Part shown: one piece after another, positions 17,229 through 24,000 of the stretch
Position numbering within the stretch: position 1 is the first letter of the stretch
Layout: every line of letters starts with the position of its first letter
NCBI GenBank assembly: GCA_963710335.1
Contig: CAVQAA010000025.1
Coordinates: 296,993-320,992, forward strand
Source: an uncultured Spirochaetota bacterium
GTDB lineage: Bacteria; Spirochaetota; Spirochaetia; SZUA-6; Fen-1364
Direction: 5' to 3'
DNA: 24,000 nt
Notes under the pieces: generated by a model
The model's database searches: none
What the model was told of the DNA's origin: nothing
The model's input: only the letters and a program-made list of their open reading frames with translations
Translations under genes and position numbers: made by a program

Positions 17229-18522
17229 GGTCTGCCTCTTCTCACTCGCGCTTGCCCTGGGGATTGCCCCGCTTGAGGCATGGACGCCCGTCAGCGATGA
17301 GACGGCGCTGGGAACCGTGCCCGAGAACTGGGAAGCCCGGACCCTTTTGCGGGACGTCATTTTCGCGTCCGCGCGGGATGCCGCCGCCTCGCCGCGGAGA
17401 ATCGTGCCACAGGTCGAAGCCGGGGACGATGTCTCTTTCACGGCCCAGGTTCAGGATGATGCGGTATATCTGGTGTTTGCCAACAGGAAAGGAAACTCCT
17501 TCCCCCTGGCGGATGCCGGAACCTTCATCATCAAGAGGAGCCTTCGCGACGGAAAGTTCCTCCAGGCCAAGATATTTATCCAGAACGACCCCGGCTGCTT
17601 CCTGAGGCTTTTCCCCGAGGGCGACAGGACCGCCATGGACATCGTGCTCTTCAATGAGAGCTTCCAGACCCACGTCATCCTGCCGTCCCCGTTCCAGGAC
17701 CTTCTTACCTCCTCTTTTGCCCGGATCGTGGACCTTTGCAGGCCCGCTGTAGACTGGTCTCTTGTCATGGCCCCTTCCCAGGGCCCCGGTGACGAACGCC
17801 TCGAAAGAATGGTGAGTGCCTTGCGCAGCCAACTGGGGAAGCTGCGGGACATGGATGATGGGGCGATGGATGCAAGCGGCAGGCTTGTCTTCATTGCCTC
17901 CGGGAAGCCGGCCCCCTCCAGGCTGGGCGGCTTCAACTGCTCGGGATTCGCGAAGTGGGTGATTGACGGCTTTTACTTTCCCCTGACCGGTTCCTTCACG
18001 GATATCGATGTTCTTCGATCAAGGGATTCCGACCTCCTGGGCAAAGCGTGGAGCGCCAGGTTCGAGGAGGAGCAGGATCCCTACTTCGGGCTTGACTGGT
18101 CGCGCGGCCTTGCGCGGGCAATCGCAAATGCCCGGACCGGCGAGATGCCAGGCCCCGAGTCACTCGACGTGACCGAAAGCGAGCGGTTTGCGCACGTGAA
18201 GGACGTTGGCTACAGGGTGGAAAGCCTGCCGGGGCTGCTGTACTTCCTGGCGCGCGAGCGCCCCGGAACGATGTACCTCGGTTCCGTGAACGCGCGCTCG
18301 AAAGGCGTTCCGCAGGGCGCCAGCATGCTGCTCCGCCAGCACCATCATGTCGTCGTGCTTCTGCCCTTCTTCGACAAGGCCGGGGATTTTCGCCCGGTTG
18401 TCATGGAAAGGAACAAGGAGACGAGCGTCCCGTCCCTTATCAGGCGATACGCCGGTGAATACATAAACCTCGTGAGAGTCGATTCCACCGGCCAGTTTGC
18501 CCCTCCCGAGATCCCGCGGTAA
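17206..18522 (+). CDS. Secreted hypothetical protein (438 aa) with a possible papain-fold / NlpC-P60-like Cys motif
   Basis: ATG 17206 gives a signal peptide (MKTRFLHRVCLFSLALALGIAPLEA|WTP). It overlaps the upstream gene by 23 nt. GGFNCSGFAKWVIDG (Cys codon 17938-17940) resembles the DCSGF catalytic motif, and a QHHHVVVL His cluster lies at 18340-18348. The function call is speculative. Confidence 0.78.
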   Translation: MKTRFLHRVCLFSLALALGIAPLEAWTPVSDETALGTVPENWEARTLLRDVIFASARDAAASPRRIVPQVEAGDDVSFTAQVQDDAVYLVFANRKGNSFPLADAGTFIIKRSLRDGKFLQAKIFIQNDPGCFLRLFPEGDRTAMDIVLFNESFQTHVILPSPFQDLLTSSFARIVDLCRPAVDWSLVMAPSQGPGDERLERMVSALRSQLGKLRDMDDGAMDASGRLVFIASGKPAPSRLGGFNCSGFAKWVIDGFYFPLTGSFTDIDVLRSRDSDLLGKAWSARFEEEQDPYFGLDWSRGLARAIANARTGEMPGPESLDVTESERFAHVKDVGYRVESLPGLLYFLARERPGTMYLGSVNARSKGVPQGASMLLRQHHHVVVLLPFFDKAGDFRPVVMERNKETSVPSLIRRYAGEYINLVRVDSTGQFAPPEIPR

Positions 18523-18558
18523 AACCCCCGACCATCGCCCTGGCCGGGCGTCCTAGCG

Positions 18559-18587
18559 TTGACAGGTCTTCCCGATAGGTTTACTAT
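18559..18587 (+). promoter_or_regulatory. Candidate sigma70-type promoter for the giant coiled-coil gene: TTGACA (18559-18564), 17 bp spacer, TACTAT (18582-18587)
   Basis: Perfect -35, 17-bp spacer and a TAnnnT -10. It is followed by GGAGG (18602-18606) and ATG 18613. The track's TTG start at 18559 is the -35 hexamer itself. Confidence 0.6.
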
Positions 18588-18612
18588 TGATAAAACCTCT
18601 GGGAGGGGGACA

Positions 18613-21600
18613 ATGCTACCAATTTTCTCGATTGGTAATCTGATTACCTTCCTTGCTGTCCTTCTAATCCTGGTCATCATTCGAGCGCTGGATCGCAACA
18701 ACAGATCGCTGGAAAAGCTCAAAAGGTTCAGCGACAAAATCGCGGCAAACATCTCGGCCCTGGCTGAGGAGAAGACCGCCCAGATCGGCGCGCTCGTCGC
18801 CGGCCTCCAGGGAAGCCTTGCCGCCGGCAAGGAGCTGATGTCCAGGGCTCGAACCGTGGAAGAAGCCCTCCAGGCCAGGTCTGGGGAGGTCGAGGGGATT
18901 CGCAAGAGACTCCTTGATTATGAGAAGAGCTTCAGCGACATCACCTCGGTGTCGACGCGCCTTGACCAGGCTCTTAGAAAGCTGCGCGCGGAAGCGGAGG
19001 TCGCTGACTCCGTTGGCAAGAAAATCGGCGAAACCGCGGGGCGCCTCGAGAAACTGGAGAAGAGGCTTCCTGAGATTGAAGCAGGCTCAAGCGCTCGCGC
19101 ACGGCAGGCCCTGGAGGCGGCCCGAGCGGAGGTTGTTTCTGTCGTAGAGACCAGGGTCGGCGCGCTGGCTTCCAACGTCAACGCATCGGAAAAGAAGCTG
19201 AAGGATTTTTCCGCCTATATGGCGCACCTTGAAGCGCGGGAGGAACAGGCGGAGAAGGAAAGGGCGGCATACCTCTCCCGGTCCCTTGAGGCATTCGAGG
19301 CAGACCTGAACGCCAGGCTTTCGAAGGCGCGCGAGCGCGGGGAAACCCTGGAGGGGGAGGTCTTCGGCCGTCTGGCAACCAGGATCAAAGAGGATGAGGC
19401 CGCTTTTGCCCGGAGCATCGAGGCAATCGAGGCGCGGCTGGCCGATTATCAGGGCGATGTCGACTACCGGATCAAGGCTCTGGAGGAGTCCAGCGATATC
19501 GAGGCCCTGCGCGTTTCTCTGGCTGAAAGCCTGCAGAAGATGGCGGCAGGCGTGCGCGTGGAGATGAAGGAGACTGCCGCAAGTCTCGTTGCGGGATGGC
19601 AGGCTGAAATCACCGCGGCCGCAAGCGCCAGGGAAAAGCTCCACGCCGGCCTTGCTGAAGTGCACGCCGGGCTGGAAGAGCTCAAGACCCGCGCCTACCA
19701 GGACGTGGAGAAGGGCCTGGCCGTCTTCGAAGATGAGTTCTTTGCCGACCTGCGCCAGAGGGCGGAGCAGGCCCTGGACAAGGTGGAGGGTTTCGAAGGT
19801 GACCTGAAGGCGCGGATATCCTCCTCAGATGAATCGGTGAAGACGCTGGGGGAGAAGATGTCCTCCTTCCAGGTTGACGTTGCGGACAGGATGAAGAAGA
19901 TGGCCGCAGACCTTGTTGCCGGTTGGCAGACTGAAACTGCCTCCGCGGCCAGCGCCCGCAAACAGATCAGCGCGGAGCTGGAAAAGCTCAAGACAAACGC
20001 ATATCAGGACGTGGAAAAAGGACTTGCTGTTTTCGAGGACCAGTTCTTTGCAGACCTGCGCCAGAGGGCGGAGCAGGCGCTGGACAAGGTGAAAGGCTTT
20101 GAAGGCGACTTGAAGGCTCGGATATCCTCCTCAGATGAGTCGGTGAAGACGCTGGGTGAGAAGATGTCCTCCTTCGAAGCGGACGTGGACGGCAGGATGA
20201 AAAAACTGGCCACGGACCTGGTTGCGGGGTGGCAGATCGAAACCACCGCCGCGGCAAGCGCCCGGCAGCAGATCAGCGCGGACCTGGAAGAGCTCAGGGC
20301 AGGCGCCCACCAGGAGGTGGAAAAAGGACTTGCTGTTTTCGAGGACCAGTTCTTCGCGGACCTGCGCCAGCGGGCCGCCCAGGCGCTGGACAGGTACCAA
20401 CTCTGGCAGGCGGATGTCGAGAAACGGATGGAAGCATTCGAGGGCGAGTTGAAGTCCCGGCTTGCTTCCTCTGACGATGCCATGCAGGGCCTGAGGGAGG
20501 CTTTGCGCGTCGAGGTTGAGAAAACGCGCAAAGACTCGTCACTGGCAATCGAGAAGGAAACCGCCGGTCTCAGAGAGACGCTGGATGCCGCCGTACGCAA
20601 GGGTCAGCGGGAAATCGAGTCGAGGCTCCGGGAGATGTCTGCTGAGCTGGAGACCGGCCGCAAAGACATGGGGGACGTGCTGGACGCCTCCCGAGCGGAA
20701 GTCGTGGCCTGGGAAGGCCGGGTGCGGCAACAGCTCTCGGAGACGGAGGTTTCCGTCGCGGAGAAGATCTCTCGGCTTGCCTCCGAGGCAGAGTCTTCCA
20801 TCGGCGTTGTGCGGGACGAGTTCACATCCCAGAAAGACGACATGCTCGCTGTCTTCACCCAGGAAAGGAATGCCATCAAGGCGGAGCTGAAGGACCTGGG
20901 GGAGAGGATCTCGGGATTCGAGGGCGACTTGAAGCGCTCTGCCGAGACGGCGGTGCAAGGCATTCGGATCCAGATGGAGAAGGCCGGCAAGGGGACGGCG
21001 GCGGCCCTGGAGAAGGAGCTTGCCGCAGTGAAGGAAGCGCTGGAGACCAGGAGCGCGTCCATGCACGGGGAGATCGAGAACCGGATGCAGGAGCTTGCCG
21101 CGCTGCTGGAGGCCGGCCGCAAGGAGGCAGCAGCCCAGGCGGAGTCGGCGCTCGGCGCCATCCGCGGCAGCTTCGCCTCGCAGAGGGACGAGCTGATGAC
21201 GGCTTCCGCGGCGGAGCGGGAGGCCCTGAAGAAGCAGATTGCCGAAATGGCGGAGAGGGTCGGTTCCTTCGATGCGGAGCTGTCGCGCACCACGGACTCC
21301 ACCATGGAGGCCATCCAGGTGCTGAGGGATGCCCTGCACGAGGAAGTGGAAAAGGCGCGCGGGGAGTCGTCCCTTGCCATGGAGAAGGACCTTGCGTCCC
21401 TGCGGGAGTCCCTGGACGGCGCGTCGCACCGGATGCAGAAAGAGATAGAATCGCGGATGAGCAGCATCACCGCGGAAATGGAAACGAACAGGAAAGAAGT
21501 GTCGCAGCTGCTGGAAGCATCCAGCACGTACGTCACCGCGTGGGAAACAAAGACGCGGCAGCGGATGTCCGAGTCAGAGGCTGCAATCGCCAGGAGGGTT

Positions 21601-22899
21601 GCTGCCATGGAATCCGAAGCCGGTTCGTCGGTGGAAGCGGTGCAGGAAGCGTTCGCGGCCCAGAAAGAGGAGCTGATTGCGGCTTCCAGCGCGGAGAACG
21701 CGGAGTTCAAGAGCCAGCTCGCCGAGATGGGGCAGAAGATTTCCGCATTGAAGGCCGAGCTTTCCCGGTCTTCCGAGGAGACACTGGAGAACCTGCGTAC
21801 GGAAGCGGAGACCCTCCAGGCGGAAAGCCAGAAGCGGATCCGGGATTTCCAGGCGGACGTCGAGACGAGGATAAAGGAACACCGGCAGCTCATGACGGAA
21901 AGCCGCGAAAAAGCCGAAGGAATGCAGGAAAAGCTGGTGGCAAAGATCGATGAGAGCTACCGCCTCATGTCGACGAACCTCGCCGACATCGAAAAGCGGG
22001 TGAAGTCGTTCACCGCGCAGACGCGTCTTTTCGAGCGAGCGGATTCCCTGAAGGTCGGACTGGAAGGCAACATCGAGGAGATGAAGAAAGAGATCGCGAA
22101 GCTGGGGGCGGAGAAGGCGGAGCTTGCGGAAACCGAGCTGCAGCTGGCACGGACAAAGAAGCTGGCGGACGAGGTTTCCCAGAAGCTGTCCCGGTTCCTT
22201 GCGGAGAAGCGGCGCATCGACGAGATGGAAGGCGAGTTCAAGAAGCTCCTCACTTTGTCACGGGACATCGATCTGAAAGTGAACACCCTTTCGGGCAGCC
22301 ATGACGCTCTCCAGCAGATCCAGGCCAAGGTTCGCGAGTTCGAGGAGATGGGGAAAGTCGTGGAGACCGGCGTGGAGAGGCTGGACAAGAAGCAGCAGAT
22401 CATCTCCGTCACCGCGGAAGGCGTGGACAAGAACTTCCAGCGCCTGGAGACCATGGAGAAGACCATCAAGGAGACGGACCAGGAAACCGCGGCCCTGGAG
22501 GCAAAGGTGAGGTCCCTCATGACCGAGTACGAGACGCTGGCCGGACGCAAAAAGGACGCGGAAAGCGCCATGGAGATTTCCGGGAGGCTCACGGCCGTCA
22601 TCGAGGATCTGGAGCAGAGGCTGGAGAAAGCCCAGAACTCCCGGGAATGGCTGGCCAGGACTGAGACGCGCTTCGAGGAGATTGGCCGCCAGGCGCAGGA
22701 GCAGGTGCGCCTTCTTGAGAGCATCGTGAAGTCTGAAACCAAGAAGGAGAAAGGGGACAAGGGCGCCCCTCCCATGGACAAGCGGGAAACCGTGGTCAAG
22801 CTCTCACATCAGGGCTGGTCGGTGCAGGAGATCTCCCGGGTGACCCAGCTCAGCCGCGGCGAGGTGGAGCTGATCCTGGAGCTTGCTCCCAAGGTTTGA
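18613..22899 (+). CDS. Giant (1428 aa) N-terminally membrane-anchored protein, helical by composition, built from repeats, with a C-terminal HTH-like motif
   Basis: MLPIFSIGNLITFLAVLLILVIIRALDRNNRS is a single TM with a positive-inside flank. About 1350 aa of E/A/K/R/L-rich sequence with recurring modules follows. The protein ends in KLSHQGWSVQEISRVTQLSRGEVELILELAPKV. I recognise no family. Coiled-coil content is inferred from composition, not computed. Confidence 0.88.
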   Translation: MLPIFSIGNLITFLAVLLILVIIRALDRNNRSLEKLKRFSDKIAANISALAEEKTAQIGALVAGLQGSLAAGKELMSRARTVEEALQARSGEVEGIRKRLLDYEKSFSDITSVSTRLDQALRKLRAEAEVADSVGKKIGETAGRLEKLEKRLPEIEAGSSARARQALEAARAEVVSVVETRVGALASNVNASEKKLKDFSAYMAHLEAREEQAEKERAAYLSRSLEAFEADLNARLSKARERGETLEGEVFGRLATRIKEDEAAFARSIEAIEARLADYQGDVDYRIKALEESSDIEALRVSLAESLQKMAAGVRVEMKETAASLVAGWQAEITAAASAREKLHAGLAEVHAGLEELKTRAYQDVEKGLAVFEDEFFADLRQRAEQALDKVEGFEGDLKARISSSDESVKTLGEKMSSFQVDVADRMKKMAADLVAGWQTETASAASARKQISAELEKLKTNAYQDVEKGLAVFEDQFFADLRQRAEQALDKVKGFEGDLKARISSSDESVKTLGEKMSSFEADVDGRMKKLATDLVAGWQIETTAAASARQQISADLEELRAGAHQEVEKGLAVFEDQFFADLRQRAAQALDRYQLWQADVEKRMEAFEGELKSRLASSDDAMQGLREALRVEVEKTRKDSSLAIEKETAGLRETLDAAVRKGQREIESRLREMSAELETGRKDMGDVLDASRAEVVAWEGRVRQQLSETEVSVAEKISRLASEAESSIGVVRDEFTSQKDDMLAVFTQERNAIKAELKDLGERISGFEGDLKRSAETAVQGIRIQMEKAGKGTAAALEKELAAVKEALETRSASMHGEIENRMQELAALLEAGRKEAAAQAESALGAIRGSFASQRDELMTASAAEREALKKQIAEMAERVGSFDAELSRTTDSTMEAIQVLRDALHEEVEKARGESSLAMEKDLASLRESLDGASHRMQKEIESRMSSITAEMETNRKEVSQLLEASSTYVTAWETKTRQRMSESEAAIARRVAAMESEAGSSVEAVQEAFAAQKEELIAASSAENAEFKSQLAEMGQKISALKAELSRSSEETLENLRTEAETLQAESQKRIRDFQADVETRIKEHRQLMTESREKAEGMQEKLVAKIDESYRLMSTNLADIEKRVKSFTAQTRLFERADSLKVGLEGNIEEMKKEIAKLGAEKAELAETELQLARTKKLADEVSQKLSRFLAEKRRIDEMEGEFKKLLTLSRDIDLKVNTLSGSHDALQQIQAKVREFEEMGKVVETGVERLDKKQQIISVTAEGVDKNFQRLETMEKTIKETDQETAALEAKVRSLMTEYETLAGRKKDAESAMEISGRLTAVIEDLEQRLEKAQNSREWLARTETRFEEIGRQAQEQVRLLESIVKSETKKEKGDKGAPPMDKRETVVKLSHQGWSVQEISRVTQLSRGEVELILELAPKV
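19561..20400 (+). repeat. Long in-frame tandem repeat, about 2.7 units of 327/306 bp (109/102 aa)
   Basis: The LVAGWQ codons recur at 19585, 19912 and 20218. The units share VEKGLAVFEDxFFADLRQRAEQALDKVxGFEGDLKARISSSDESVKTLGEKMSSF. There is a 38-nt identical patch at 20011 and 20317. Confidence 0.9.
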
Positions 22900-22903
22900 T
22901 GCG

Positions 22904-24000
22904 GTGGAAACCTCTTCCCGCGTCGCCCTGATCGCATGCCCGGACTATGACCGTGAGCGCGTCCGCGCTGCGGTCCGCCGGGGCCTCGGCTTGCTGGGCC
23001 GCGGCGCTCTCCCCGGGCCCCGGGACCTGAACGGCAGATACCTTCTTCTCAAGCCGAACCTGCTGCGTCCGGCGCCCGCGGAGCGGGGCGTTACCACTCA
23101 CCCCTCGGTGTTCTCCGCCGTGGCCGGCTTCCTGAAGGACGGCGGTTTTGCGCTTGCCTACGGAGACTCGCCCAACGGAATGTTCAGCCCAATCAGCGCG
23201 GCTCGAGCCAGCGGCATCCAGGCGGAAGCCGAGGCGCTGGCAATACCCATGGCTGATTTCGACGTCGGTGTCGACGTCAGCTTTCCCCGCGGAGTACTGG
23301 ACCGGCGGTTTTCCGTGGCGAAAGGGGCCGTGGAGGCGGGCGGAATCATCAGCCTGCCCCGGCTGAAGACTCATGGGCTGACCACGATGACGGGCGCGCT
23401 CAAGAACACATTCGGCCTCATCCCTGGCGGCCGCAAGGGGGAGTACCACGTCACGCATCCCGACGTGGAAAGTTTTTCCCGGATGATCGTGGACCTGAAC
23501 GGTGCCGTGGCTCCCCGCCTGGTGGTCATGGATGCAATTACGGTCATGGAGGGCAACGGCCCTGCCAATGGACGGCTTCGAAACGTCGGCCTTCTGATCA
23601 TCACGACGGACCCGGTTGCCGCCGATGCGGTGGGGTGCAGGATCATGGGGATAGATCCGCTGGCGATCCCTTTCATCCGCATGGCGGATGAAGCCGGCCT
23701 GGGGAACGCCGCGGAAGGGAAGATCGAGCTGCTGGGTGATCCCCTGGATGGGTACATATGCGCGGACCTGGATGTGCGCGCCCGGCCCCTCGGGCAGAAT
23801 GTGCCCGGCTTCCTGTTTCGCATCGCAAAGGACCTCATCGTCTCCAAGCCGGTCATCGACGCAGAGGTGTGCTCACGCTGCGGTCAATGCGTCGAGGCTT
23901 GCCCTACCAGCCCCAAGTCCCTGCAATGGGGTGACGCGGGACCGCTTCACAGCGTGCCGCGCTACCTGTACTCGACATGCATCCGGTGCTACTGTTGCCA
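22904..24000 (+). CDS. DUF362-domain protein with a C-terminal 4Fe-4S ferredoxin-type domain (3' end outside window)
   Basis: Not in the ORF track because it is open-ended. GTG 22904 (AAGG 9 nt upstream) gives METSSRVALIACPDYDRERV...LLLKPNLL...THP...GIISLPRLKTHGLTTMTGALKNTFG...MDAITVMEGNGP, typical of DUF362. Then comes CSRCGQCVEACP (about 23864-23905) and the start of a second Cys cluster (CIRCYCC). Confidence 0.85.
   Translation, partial: METSSRVALIACPDYDRERVRAAVRRGLGLLGRGALPGPRDLNGRYLLLKPNLLRPAPAERGVTTHPSVFSAVAGFLKDGGFALAYGDSPNGMFSPISAARASGIQAEAEALAIPMADFDVGVDVSFPRGVLDRRFSVAKGAVEAGGIISLPRLKTHGLTTMTGALKNTFGLIPGGRKGEYHVTHPDVESFSRMIVDLNGAVAPRLVVMDAITVMEGNGPANGRLRNVGLLIITTDPVAADAVGCRIMGIDPLAIPFIRMADEAGLGNAAEGKIELLGDPLDGYICADLDVRARPLGQNVPGFLFRIAKDLIVSKPVIDAEVCSRCGQCVEACPTSPKSLQWGDAGPLHSVPRYLYSTCIRCYCC

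Noticed and set aside
14164-17441. Minus-strand ORFs of 360 aa (14164-15246) and 347 aa (16398-17441)
   Set aside because: They are antisense to der and to the pyrophosphorylase gene. They have no motifs and a shadow-ORF composition.
20004-22799. Several long minus-strand ORFs (198, 296, 429, 280 aa) inside the giant gene
   Set aside because: Their Ser/Ala/Arg-rich low-complexity translations are the reverse-complement reading of GAG/GCC/AAG-rich sense codons. They break up wherever the sense strand does not. The sense ORF is uninterrupted for 4.3 kb and has a promoter, an SD and a TM anchor.
22850-23856. Minus-strand ORFs of 202 aa and 161 aa, the only track ORFs in this region
   Set aside because: The + strand carries an open-ended DUF362/ferredoxin ORF with clear family motifs. 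It is missing from the track only because it has no stop inside the window. The minus ORFs are its shadows.
1-24000. Defence island, prophage or mobile element
   Set aside because: I found no integrase, transposase, tRNA attachment site or flanking direct repeats. I found no restriction/CRISPR/toxin-antitoxin-like genes and no obvious compositional break. Conserved housekeeping genes run throughout. The unusual content is limited to the three atypical protein architectures reported in the findings.

Overview
GC-rich bacterial chromosomal window, almost entirely coding and mostly housekeeping. 1-5096 is the distal end of the ribosomal spc/alpha operon (rpsE 3' end, rpmD, rplO, secY, rpmJ, rpsM, rpsK, rpsD, rpoA, rplQ), with no adk/map/infA between secY and rpmJ. 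Next come a 1013-aa two-TM, sensor-like protein with a very acidic tail and an 18-bp in-frame tandem repeat; an rny-ymdB-tlyA cluster; a convergent GerMN-domain membrane protein; leaderless-looking ptsI overlapping der; a MerR HTH fused in frame to a eukaryote-type UDP-sugar pyrophosphorylase across an A8 tract; a secreted protein with an NlpC/P60-like Cys motif; a 1428-aa membrane-anchored repeat protein ending in an HTH-like motif; and a 3'-truncated DUF362/4Fe-4S gene. I saw no tRNA/rRNA, CRISPR, transposase, integrase or recognisable defence genes. The candidates for novelty are the two large repeat proteins and the MerR-pyrophosphorylase junction, not a classical accessory island. Gene order gives a spirochaete-like impression, but that is not established here. 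The many long minus-strand ORFs are antisense shadows typical of GC-rich DNA.
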